In this document: positions 37,441 through 49,993 of the stretch, one piece after another
Position numbering within the stretch: the stretch's first letter is position 1
How the letters are laid out: each line of letters begins with the position of its first letter
DNA from: Octopus sinensis
Lineage: Eukaryota
Direction of reading: 5' to 3'
Assembly: GCF_006345805.1 (NCBI RefSeq)
Contig: NC_043006.1
Location: forward strand, 78,678,001-78,742,000
DNA length: 64,000 nucleotides
Made by a program: the position numbers and the translations under genes
The notes under the pieces: generated by a model
Databases searched by the model: none
The model's input: only the letters and a program-made list of their open reading frames with translations
Told to the model about the DNA's origin: nothing

Positions 37441-38479
37441 CGATTTTTCTGGATTATCGATTTTCTTCTACTCAAGACACAAGGCTCGAAATTTTAGTGG
37501 AGGGTCCAGACGATTAGATCGATCCCAGTACACAACTAGTACTTAATTTATCGACCCCGAAATTAATTTTTAAAATAACTTAATTTCGATGAACCAAACA
37601 AATTCCTTGTGATAAAAGGGTGCTACAGAATGTACAATATATAGTGATTCCATTAAATCTGAGCAACAATGCTAGTCCCATAATTTTTAAGGTTTATTAC
37701 GACATTCTCTAACCCTTTTGAGCGTGCGCAGTTTTCAATTCTAGCTTCGTACTTTTTAAGGCCACGCTTGTAATATCTTATATATGTACCGTATTTCTCC
37801 TAATGGTGTGGCAGCCTCTAATAAACTTGACACCCAAATGCCGACTAATTGAAATAATGTGATTGTCACAATATCAAAAAATGTACGATAAAATCGATAA
37901 TGAATGTCTCATTTGTTTATCATCATACGGAGAGATACAGAACAGCAGTTAGTATATTATTATAAGTTGTACGATAAAGAAATGTAGTTTGAAAAATATT
38001 AATAATATTAATTTTTACAAATGACTGAACTGATTCATACAAGTTAATCCATTGAGCATTTTATAAGTTTCTGCGGCTTTTTGCCTGGTTTAACACAAAA
38101 CTTTATTTCATTATGAGCTTACTAGTCCCTGACGCGAAAACTAAACTGCTATGGAACGCAGTATTTTTTTTGCCTGTAGGATGCCTTCAAAGTGCTGCTA
38201 CAGCCATTTCTTTCAAATAGAAAAGTTGGCAGGACAGCTTATTAGATGTATAGGGATAATATACTAAAACGTCAATCGTCTAGAAAAGTTGTAAATGCCC
38301 CTCCCCAAAAAGTTTCACACGTTTTAGAATGTTTGTCTGTAATCAGAAAATATTTCCAAAATAACGACACATTCGACTCACTTTCTATTAACAACAATCA
38401 ATATAAAGGTGAGTCACAGCTGTGGCAAGACGTATCAAGTGTCATTAAAATCCAAAATTCAAAGTAACTGTAAACAAGC

Positions 38480-38735
38480 GCAAAGTGAAAGCAGTCGATA
38501 TGCAATTGGCTAAATATAGAAACTTTTACACTCTAAAGAACAATTATTCATCGCTGATAACTATCTTCAGCAATGAATCATTTTGTTATATAGGTGTGAC
38601 ATACAGCTTCAAAATTACTCGCGTTATCGATCATAGGGAGAAACTCTATATTCTTATCGCCCTTAACCCATTCCTAAACAAAAGAACCGAACTAATTTCG
38701 ACTTGCCGACAATAATCAAATTTATCCTCGGTAAT
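38480..38735 (+). pseudogene. Very decayed Penelope-type GIY-YIG C-terminus
   Basis: EKLYIL..LNKRTELISTCR matches the Penelope EN C-terminal pattern. Confidence 0.5.
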
Positions 38736-40782
38736 GTGTAAGCAAAATAAACGAATTTCCTTGTATTTACTATGAAGAGAAATGGCAAATTGGTGAGAGC
38801 ATAACAGTATGTTTAATAAGTTAGTTTCTCAACCACGTGGTTCTAAGTTCAAAGTCTTATATGTGACACTTTGAACCAGCGCCTTCTATCATACTCGCTG
38901 ATTGACACATATCGTCGGAGTAGAATTTGGTAGAAGTGATTTATGTGGAAGTTCATCGCGCGTGCACACGCGCATGTGTGTGTATACGTGTGTGTGCGTG
39001 TGTATATGTGTATGTGTATGTGTGTGTATGTATGTGTGTGAGAGAGATTAACTTTCATCTATGTGTATGAGGGAAGTCTTAGTGTGAAACCGAAATACCA
39101 GTTGCACTTTCTTGTCACCCCACTCAGTCAGAAATGTCGTAAACCAATGATTTGCAAATTCCAACCAGTAACCAACGATGCTGTTGTTCATAAATTGGGT
39201 TCAACAAAAAATATATAAATACTACACCAAAAAACACTGATGTAATAAAAAGTAGTGTTGCAAGCCATTTTCTTCCCTTAATAAGAAAATGATTCTCTCG
39301 TAGTAAATAACACTGTATAAGGAGATTTTTATTTTATTTTAATTTTTTTCACTACTATTCCCTTCAAACTTTGCTTTTCTGACATGGACATCAATATTTT
39401 GAAACTGACACATTTTCCATTAACTTTAAGAGAGATTCAGCGCTGAGTTGCTGAAGCAGAAGTATCATTGAAGCAAATATTCTGCTCAATACCACAGATT
39501 TGCTTGTCAGTTGCTTGACCATAACCACTAGAGCATATCGTTTAGTGGTTGACAGTAAGCTCACCTCTGATCATGAGCAGGAGTAGAGGGGGAGCATTAT
39601 AGCCATGTGTTGGGAGAGATTTTGTGGGGTTTGAATGAATGTAACAAAAGCAAATTTTGAGGGATATTTTAGTTTCATACTTTTTAGGAGTAAGCAAATA
39701 GAAACAACAGTTGTTACTAAGGACAAAAATCTTATTACAGTGTTATTCAACCGCATAAGTCTCCTCACTATGGCGCTGCTACCCTGCTGCTGTATTGTCT
39801 CCTTTCTTGTTGTTTAAACCAGTTCAGTGTTGATCAACCAATACCATCGTCAAAAACATCTAATGTGTGATGTGGCTGACAATATGTGCATCTCTGGTCA
39901 TGATCATGAGCAGGGTAGTCGAGGAACATCATAGCCATGATTGCTTGGGGTTTGGATAAATGTAACAAAAGCAGTTTGAAGGAAGTATTAGCCATTTTCC
40001 CACATTTTCTAGGGATAAACAAATACTAAATAACAATTGCCACCCAGGGTCAAAAATCGTGTCAGTAATGTTATTTCTATGAGATGTGGAAGATTACGTG
40101 GTCAACCACTTGAGTATGTCCATTAGTGGCTGACAATATATGCATCTCTGATCATGAGCAAGAGTAATGGGTGAGCATAGCCATGTGTTGATAGGGAGTT
40201 TTGAGTTTGACTAAATGTAGCAAAAGCGAAGTTTGAAGGAAATAGCCATTTTTCTAGGGAGAAGCAAATAGGAAATAACAGTTGCTACTGAAAGACAAAA
40301 ATTGTGTTACACAGTGTAATAGTTAACTTCGACGATCACGTTATTATTTAAAAACAAAGAAAAACATGCAACCACGACATAGTTATGCCGCTGACAGTGC
40401 CGTCCTCTCAAACTGCTGGTGTGTAACATCATCCCAAAAAGCCAATTGTACGAAGCTGAAGTTTCTTTATGTAATCCGTATTTGCCCTCCATATGAATTA
40501 CCGTAGCAAGGAATCTACAAATTTATTAGTCATGCCATATTGAGCACTTTTATGTAACTCTACCAGAAAAACTAAAGAAAACATTTCAGTGTGTGTGTGT
40601 GTGTATGTGTGTGTGTATGTGTGTGTGCATGTGTGCGAGTGTAGGGATTCTTTTTCTCTTTTTTCAAACGAAAAGAAAAGTATTAAATACATGTCGTAGA
40701 CTACATTTATTTCTTATAAGCTGCTAGTTGCTCACTCCGTCACTATTCATGGTTCCTCGGTTTCCACGCCCATTCAGATGAA

Positions 40783-40815
<33 letters not shown>

Positions 40816-40817
40816 TC

Positions 40818-41359
40818 TAATTTAGGGTATCTAAGAGGTACCAGCACGCTGAAAATAGCAGCCAAATCTTGACTCTAAAACTACATTAAATGTTCATACA
40901 GCACCAGGAGAGAAGACAAAAGGACAAAATGAACTAGCCCAAAAATTACTGGATAATTCCAGATCCCGGATTTCTGACTTTGCATAAGAAATGCTTTGCC
41001 TCCTCGGTGGAATATACGCAGATAGTAACATAATACACATATATATACATATAACATACGAATACTTACATATATACGTATAACATACGAATACTACATA
41101 TATGAATGTAAGTATTCGTATGTTATGTGTACATATATGTGTAATTTATGTTATTATCTGTGTAACATTCTACTGATGAGGCAAAGCATTTCTTATGCAA
41201 AGTCAGAAATCCGGGGATCTGCAATTATCCAATAATTTTTTGCTAGTTCATCTCCTTTTGTCTTCTCTCCTGGTGCTGTATGAACATTTAATGTGGTTTT
41301 AGAGTCAAGTTTCGGCTGCTATTTCCAGCGTGGAGGTATCCCTTAGATACCCTAAATTA
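40818..41359. repeat. ~540-bp foldback with ~270-bp arms, each carrying a hammerhead motif
   Basis: TAATTTAGGGTATCTAAG ... CTTAGATACCCTAAATTA; arms complementary almost to the centre (~41100). Confidence 0.9.
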
Positions 41360-41458
41360 TAATTTTAATAATAATTATTACCTTTGAAGGTTTTTATTCC
41401 CATGCTGGCCACTTGATAAGATCGATAATTAAATTAATGATCTTATCCTTATATATAT

Positions 41459-42480
41459 ACTAGCAGAGATACCCGACGTTGCCCGGTTACAGTCACTTGA
41501 AGAATTAGACTTTTCTGTTATATTTTCTGAATGAACTGGAATATCTATGTTTCGAATTTCATCAAAATTGCAGATAAGGGTTATTTCCCTCTTTACACAC
41601 CCTAAAAAAATTGTAATCGTGCCACATGGAAACCAAAATACGAATGATCACAATAAGCAGTCAGTTACCCTACCCTAGTCGTTACCACACCCAATGTAGG
41701 ATTCCTCACTATCCCGGTGACAGGCACAGCTGTAAGATGCATTATGAATCTATAGCAATTGGAAGGGCGTGACCCAACTGAAATCAAAATTAACAACTGT
41801 GTAACGTGAGGGCTTAGGAGAAATTAAAATGTCACCTCTGGAGTTTGCAAATGACCACTATACTGATACGTAACTGCACAAAATGAATTTAAAATTTATA
41901 AATGTCTTTAAATAACCAGTCACTCATCTGGGAAGGCCTTGTAATCAATGTTTTCATCAGGGGAATATGTGTGACCGAGTGATAATAAAAAGACTGAAAG
42001 GAGGTCTGCAATTAAATAACTTTACTCAACACTTTGCAACTGAATCAGTGGAGACAAAGATGTCACTCGTTTACTTAACAATTTATGCACCACATTGCAG
42101 AAATCAGAATGTAAGTGTATGTCAAAGCAAACTGTTACATTGTTGTACCATTGAATTAGAAATAATGCCCAACTTTTATGCTCGGGTAACCCTACAGCTT
42201 CCAAGAGCACAACTGTATTCGTTTTTGCTTAGATAAAATGACTAAATTGTGGGTGTTAAGTCCCCATGGAGAGGTCTTTCTAACTTTGTAAGAAGATGAA
42301 ATTTTATAAATATTACTTCATTTGTGTCTAATATCTATGGTTAAAATTTCATCAACAGCAAAAATATATGAATTGTCATGGGGGTTATGGCCCTTATGCT
42401 TAGAATATAATTTCCTAATTTCATAAAGATCCATTCAGTACTTTTGACCTAGTTTTGGATCATAAAAGAAATGACTAAAA
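41459..42480 (+). mobile_element. HINE-like / old non-autonomous DNA element
   Basis: 5' ACTAGCAGAGATACCCGACGTTGCCCGG; internal AATTTCATCAA repeats. Right boundary uncertain. Confidence 0.4.
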
Positions 42481-42505
42481 TTTGGGAGTTAAGGCTCCCA
42501 TTAGA

Positions 42506-42562
<57 letters not shown>

Positions 42563-42828
42563 AAGATAAATTGGTAGATACAACTGAGTGGGCAAACAAA
42601 AATATGAGACACAGCCTAGTGCTTTTTTTATGTTGATAAGCCTAGTACTTATTCTATTAATTTGTTCTTGTGAAACCAGTAAGTTTTGTGGATGCAAATA
42701 AATGAACAGCAGTTGGGAAGCAGTGATGAGGGCGAAACACAGACACAAAGACACACACATACACTTACATATATACATATATATACGATTGATTTGTTTC
42801 AGTTCCTGTCTACGAAATCCATATATAT

Positions 42829-45558
42829 TGTTGTTGGCATCCTTTTTGTCTCGGGAGACAATGGAGTTGCGCATAAAATAATCTAGTCCGGCTTTTACAT
42901 TTCATGTCCTAATACATCTCCTGCTGTCACTGTGTAGTCATATCCTGGACAAACACTCCCTCTGGCAGGTGCCGCAAATGTAGCGAAGACTTTGCCTGGC
43001 TGGTTGTAATGTCATACTTTCTTGTTGACGTCTTTTCTTGTCTTTCCATTTCTCCTCTCCCTCTATGTCACTCCTTTGTGTTCCCTCTTTTACGGTACGT
43101 CGCCAATCTCCAAGGTTACTGGCAACTGCTTCCCAGTTGGTCATATTAATGTTGCAGGCATTCATGTCCCTTTTGCAAACATCCTTGTATCGTAAGAACG
43201 GTCTTCCCACAGACCTAGTGCCCCTAGCAAGCTCTCCGTTGAGTATGTCCTTGGGGATTCTGCCATCTTCCATACGGCTAACATGCCGAAGCCATCTCAT
43301 ACGCCTTTGTGTGAGGAGTGTAAACATGCATGGTATTCCTGCTTGCTTGAGGACATCTTTGTTGGGGACATGATTCTGCCATTTGATGCGAAGGATTTTC
43401 CGGAGGCAGCACAGGTGAAAGATATTTAGGCGACGTATGGCGTCGTATGTCGTGTGTATGGCGTCCAAGTCTCACTTCCATACGGTAGAGTGCTAAGTAC
43501 ACATGCCTGGTAAATTTTCATTTTTGTGGTCTTGGTCAGCTTATTGTTTTCCCATGCCAGTTTGGAGAGTTGGGCCATCACAGCAGCTGCCTTGCCAATA
43601 CGTATATTGAGCTCAGAATCAAGGGATAGGTTGTAGGTGACGGTAGAGCCAAGATAGGTAAACTTATCCCCCTCCTGTATTCTGTGGTCTCCAATATGTA
43701 TGTTTGGGATGGTCGATGTAGCCTGACCCATGATGTTGGTCTTCTTGAGGCTGATAAATAAGCCAAAGTTGCCACATTCTTGCTCAAAACAGTTGATGAG
43801 CCTTTGTAGGGCTTCTTCTGTGTGTGACACCAGAGCGGCATCATCAGCAAATAGCATCTCCTTGATCAGGACGCTTCTGATTTTGGTCTTGGCACGCAGA
43901 CGCGAGAGATTGAACAGTTTCCCATCACTTCTACTGTGCAGAAACACTCCATCATCTGATGCCACAAAGGCATGTGACAGCAGCAGCGAGAAGATGCCAA
44001 GTAATGTAGGAGCAAGTACATAACCTTGCTTTACCCCGTTTTTTATTTGGAAGGCGGCTGATGTTGAACCATTGTGCTGTATGGTGCCTTGCATATCATC
44101 ATGGAAAGATGTGATGATCCTCAGCAGCTTTGGTGGACATCCGATTTTTTGGAGCAGGATGAAAAGGCCTTTTCTACTTACCAAGTCAAAGGCCTTTGTC
44201 AGATCAATGAAGGCCATATATAATGGCATTTTCTGCTCTCTGGACTTCTCCTGAAGTTGGCGTATGGAGAATATCATGTCAATAGTTGATCTGCTTCTTC
44301 TAAAGCCTCACTGCGATTCTGGATAAATTCGAGAAGCAAGTAGTTGCAGCCTGGACAGGATAATTCGAGCAGAGGCCTTTCCAACAGTGCTTAGAAGAGA
44401 TATTCCACGGTAATTGTTACAATCACCACGGTCACCTTTGTTTTTGTAAAGCGTAATGATGTTAGCATCCCGCATATCCTGAAGGACTGTACCCTCTTTC
44501 CAGCACTGACACAGAAGCTCATGAATGTGCCGAAGCAGGATGGTGTTTTTGCCGGTTTTGATGATCTCTAATGTGATGCCGTGTTTTCCCGGAGCCTTGT
44601 TACTTGCTAGGGAGTCAATAGCCTTGGTGAGCTCTGCTATAGATGGCAGACTGTCAAGTTCACATATGACTGGCAAGATCTTGACACCCTCGATTACAGC
44701 TTCAGCTACCGTGGTCTCTCGTGAGTAGAGATTCTGGTAGTACTGCACCCATCTATCCATTTGCTTACTTTGGTCCTTGTTGAGATCCCCAATAGTTGAT
44801 TTCAGAGGGGCTGACTTGGTTGCGTATGAACCGATGGCCTTCTTCAAACCGGCATACATCCCACGGGTTTCGCCACTGTCAGCAGCTGATTGGATACCCT
44901 GGCAGATTTCCTGCCAATGCCTATTTGCACAGCGTCTGGCAGTCAGTTGGATTTTATTTCTTGCCTTTCTGAGTTCTTCGAGTGACTTTATAGAAGAATC
45001 ACTCTTGTATTACATCAGAGCTGCACGCTTTGTTTCGATAACTATTTCCAGCTCTGAGAGCCCAGCACTGAACAAAATCTGGGTTTTGCCTTTCTCTCAT
45101 GCCGAAAGTATCTATTGATGTGGTATACAAAGCTTCCCTGATATAATTCCCCCTACTTTCAGCAGAGGTGGTTGGGCAGCTACTGAGGGCAACTTTGATA
45201 GAAACAGCAAAACATTGTCGCAGTGTAGGGTCGGAGCTTCTGGCAATGTTAATGTGTGGTCGGCCCATTTTCTTGGAGCCATGGACTTTTTAGGCAGAAT
45301 CCTCACCCTGCTTCTTATTAGTGAATGATCTGTGTCACAATCCGCGCTGTGGTAACTACGAGTCAGTTGAACAGAATTCAGAAAGGGTTTTCGTGTAATG
45401 ATGAGATCCAGCTGATACCAGTGGTGAGATCTTGGATTTCTCCAAGATGCCTTGTGGGATGTCTTGTTGGCAAAGAATGTGATAGTGATGCACAGGTGAT
45501 GGTATGTGCAAAATTCAAGTAGTCTCTGGCCATTGTCATTCATGTTGCCAATACTAAA
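42829..45558 (-). mobile_element. 5'-truncated RTE-clade (BovB-like) LINE, multiple frameshifts
   Basis: NGQRLLEFC, SWRNPRSHHW.QLDLIITR, NYRGISLLS, AFIDLTKAFD, GVKQG.VLAPTL, MLFADDAAL, RRMRWL.HV.RM.DGRIPK; CAACAA tail; ~75-bp TSD. Confidence 0.92.
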
Positions 45559-45628
45559 ACACATACACTTACATATATACATACATATATATATACGATC
45601 GATTTGTTTCAGTTCCTGTCTGCGAAAT

Positions 45629-45679
<51 letters not shown>

Positions 45680-46162
45680 TACACACACATACATACATAT
45701 ATATTTGGATATTACAAAAGAAGCGAGCAAAAGACGAAGACAGGTGTGTAAACAGCAAACAGGTTTATTAATTTAACGCTCCGGACTTAGGAAAATTTAT
45801 ATAGGGAGTGCTACTAATTTTAAAATTAGATATAGGGGACACAAGAATTCAATTATTCGCCCCTATATAAAATATTACAGACATTTTAGTATGTTGTAAG
45901 CATAAATATTTAGCGTCTTATAATTTTCTTAAACTTTAAAATTAAAGTTTTAGAATATAAAAGCTTTTTGAAAATACGGTCCAATTAGATCCAATGAACA
46001 CTTATGCACAAACCTTTAATCTTAAATTATTTTTTTATAGTAGAGAGTGGAATATTCCTATTGGCTATTATTTGCATGATGAACTAAAGTTAACCTCTCA
46101 ATGAATTTCATTTCTTATTTAAACGTGAAAAATCTGTCGCTTATTCATCCACACCCAAAAAC

Positions 46163-49100
46163 TAAATGTGCGTGGCCTGATGTCGAACTGGAAGCAAGGG
46201 CGCCTCCTAAATGACATCAGGTCACGAGATTTAGATGCTGTTGTTGCCACAGTTAAAGGGGCCAAGAGATCTGCTCCCGCTGTTCGATGGTTATGAGGGA
46301 ATTATCTCTCCGAACCCGTCGTCCGGCGGAAGCGGGGTGTTGGTCCTGTGTAAAAAGAACCAGGTTTCCGAGAAAAAGTTGATTTTTGCAGATCCAGAGG
46401 GTAGGCTGGTCGTCGTTGATTTGACGTTCTGTAGTCGTAAGACAATCAGGCTGGTTGCGATTTACGCAGCCAACGAAAACAAGGGGCAAAGTGATTATTT
46501 CCGGAACCTCGGTAAGTTTCTGAGTACATCGCACCCTTTAGTAATGTTAGGAGACTTCAACACAGTATGCGATGCGCGGGTAGACTGTGAAGGCTCGCGT
46601 ACAGATAGGAAAGGAAATGCTTGCTTCCTGGATCTACTAAGACGTTTTGAGCTGGTAGATCCATATAGACTGGAACATCCGAACGCTCCATTGTGGACAT
46701 GGTCAAGCGGTGGAGGATCTCTCAAGTCATACATAGACAGGATACTAATTAGAAAGGTAGATAGAAACCTAGCTAAGAGTCCACAGCTCCACATGGTCAG
46801 CTACAGTGACCACAAGATGGTCACCTGTAGGCTAGACATAGATAAGACAAATAGAGGTCCTGGTTACTGGAAACTTAATACGTCCCTCTTGGCAATTAAG
46901 GAGTACAGTGACAGGATTAGGTTAATGATTCAGAGGGCCATGACCGGATCCATTATTAACAACAAATGGTTGTATGCCCTCAAGCGAGCAATCCGATACG
47001 AGCCTATTAGGTATAGTATAGATCTTGTAGCTAGAGAGGCTAGAAAGGAATCAACACTAGTCAAGGACTTAGAGGAAGCAATGCGAACTGGCACGGCGGC
47101 TCAGGTGAGGGTCAAGAGGCTGGTTTTGAACCAGCAGCTCGAAGCCAAGCACATGGGTTGCATTGTCAGGGCTAGACAACGTGCAATGGGGAGCGAAGGA
47201 ATCAATGCCGCGTGATGGACCCGAGTGGTGGAAGCTCAACGATGCCACAATTCGATTTCTGACGAACCAACAGGGTAAGTTGATAGACGAGCCCGAGGAG
47301 ATGTGACAAGCTTTTCAGGACCACTTCGCCCAGCTCTTTGGGGGGAGCGGCGGACCGGAGAGGAGGAGGGACCTAACGGACCTCCTCGACGGGCTGCCAC
47401 GCCTCTCGGAGCGGGACGCGAAGTGTAGTGAGGAGCCGATCACACCTGAGGAAGTAATAGAGGCCATGGCTGACTGCGGTGCGGGTAAGGCACCGGGACT
47501 GGATGGTCTACCTTACGAGCTTTACAAGAGTATGCCGGACTTGTTCGGGGACTTACCGGCGAACGTCTACGCGAACTGGCAACAGAATGGGTTTATTCCC
47601 AGGTCTGTGCGTCGGGGAGTGGTGACACTAGTCAGGAAGGACCCGAGCAAGGGGGGTGTCATTGATAATTTTAGGCCCATCACTCTGCTTAACGCAGAGC
47701 TGAAAATTTTGGCCAAAGTGTTATCGAACAGATTGGCGCGTGTCGCGAGTGGACTGATCGGGAACGCACAAACGTGTGCCGTACCGGGCAGGTCCATTCA
47801 GGATAATCTCCATCTCATTAGATACACTATAGAGGGAATTAATAACGATCCCGGCAAGGGACGGGCAGTGATCCATTTAGACCAATCAAAAGCTTTCGAT
47901 AGGGTCGACCATCATTACCTGGTGTCCGTTCTGGCTCAGTTCGGCTTGGGTCTTGGCTTCCTCAGGTGGATCATCGAAATGTACGACAACGTCGACTCGG
48001 TAGTTCGGGTGAACGGCTTTCTTTCTAAGCCGTTCAAAGTCAAACGCTCGGTTCGTCAGGGATGCCCACTCTCCCCGCTTTTGTATGTAGTGGCTCTTGA
48101 GCCGCTGCTGCGAAAACTGAGTGGCATCCCGAAGCAGCCAGGTCGTGGAATGTCGGTTTCGGCGTACGCGGATGACATCACTATCATCGTGACCGAAGTG
48201 GACCTTCTACGTAACGTAGGCAAGGCCATAGAGGTTTACGAGACGGTGACAGGAGCAAAAGTTAATCGCGAAAAGTCAGTTGGCTTGCAGGTCGGCACCT
48301 GGAGAGGCAAGTCGATGCCTCCAGACAGCGTCGTGAGACATTGGACGGAGGGTCCGATTAAGTTGCTCGGGGTTTGGTTTGGACCAGACCTCCAAATAGA
48401 GAAGAACTGGAGCGAGGTATCGAGCAGGGTGGCCGCAGTAGTCAAGACCTGGTCTTGTAGGTGGTTATCCCTGAAAAGTAGGGCGGAGGTAGCCAATGTA
48501 TTTATCGCATCGGTGATCACCTACCGCCTTGCCGTCGTGCCTTGCCCGGTTTCGTGGTTGACCAGGTTGGAAAGACAGCTCTTTCTCTTCTTATGGAAGG
48601 GCTCGAAACCACTTGTGAAATGCTCTATTTGTTGTCAAAAACGTTAAAGGGTGGACTAGGGATGCCGTGGCTAATGATGCGCATAAATGCGCTGAGGCTA
48701 AGGCATCTGTGGCTCCATCTGGATGGTGAACGGGTGTGGTCTCAGCTGGCGAAACAGATGTTTCCCAAGTTCACCAGTTTCGGTGGACAGGAAGACTGGT
48801 ATAATCGCAGATCGAATTTGGGTTTATGGTATACGGAGTGTCGCAAGGCACTCCGCCTATTCCGTCGCTCGGGCAATGCCTGCGGCAGTGGTTCTACCGC
48901 TGTTTTCTATAGAGGGTTTGTAGAGGCCGGTTGCGAATATACGTTAGGGGAGACCCTAGGTTTCGACGATAATCAGCTGGCCAGTCTGTTCCAACGTACA
49001 TTTGAGCCGAGGACTCTGGATAATTTCCAGAAGTCCTTGGCTTGGCAGTGTTACCGAGGAGCCTTACCTGTTCGGGACAAACTCGCAAGGCGTGGTGGCC

Positions 49101-49701
49101 AAGTCAGCCCGACCTGTCCGAGATGTTGGAAAGACAGGGAAACCGTCTTGCACGCGATCGTGCAGTGTTCGGAGGTGACAGATATGTGGGTTTTTGCCGA
49201 ACAACTGTTGTCAAATGGAGGAGGAGTACAGCTATCAGCTGAATCCATTGTAAAAATCAGCCCACCGGATTTCTTAACGAAAGAAGGTAAGAATTGTTTT
49301 CTCTCTGTGGTTTCAACTGCGAAACAGGTAGTGTGGAAGACAAGGATGAAAGGGATGATAACAGGCGACTTCATCTCTGGTTCTAGCCTGGTGGTGTTTT
49401 TTAAATTCCACCTGAAAAGACAAATAGAACTAGAGAGGAGGAGCCTGAGTAAGAAAGTGTTCAATGAAAGGTGGAAAAATGTCGTGAGTAAAAGGTCCCT
49501 CATAAATACGAGATAGGACGTAAAAGAAAAAGAAAAAAACATAAGACCAAGTGTCGCGGCGGGGTTCGTGGGGTTGTATCATTATTCGAAACCGTATAAC
49601 TATCATCCAATTTTTATCGACCCAAAATACATCATAACGTAAAAAATCATTCGTGATTGTTTTGCCCCCCTCTATGTAGCCTTTTATAGGTAATAAAGAA
49701 A
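46163..49701 (+). mobile_element. Tx1-clade (L1 group) LINE, 5'-truncated at the start of ORF2, decayed
   Basis: LNVRGL.., APE motifs, GKAPGLDGLP, DQSKAFDRV, VRQGCPLSP, AYADD, TCPRC..RETV.H; degenerate 19-20 bp TSD. Confidence 0.92.
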
Positions 49702-49767
49702 TTCACCGACACCCAAAAAACGAAGTCGTGCGAGCCGAGCCGAGCCTATATATGCATACATATATAA

Positions 49768-49829
49768 GGCGGTGAGCTGGCAGAAATATAGCACGCCGGG
49801 CGAAATGCTTAGCGGTATTTAGTCTGCCG
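49768..49829 (+). mobile_element. Head of a SINE family B copy split by the Tx1 insertion
   Basis: GGCGGTGAGCTGGCAGAA..GCACGCCGGGCGAAATGCTTAGCGGTATTTAGTCTGCCG, then LINE 5' UTR. Confidence 0.88.
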
Positions 49830-49993
49830 CACATGTGTTCGTGAAGTAAGAATTGCTGTTTCGTGGTGTTAATATTGTTAACAACTGTTGTTTCTTGTTA
49901 AACTGTTGAATAACTTAACTGTTGGAGTTTTCAATTGAAAACACTTAGTGCTTGTGGTAGCACGCGTTGTTCATTCCCCCTTTGGGGGGAAGA

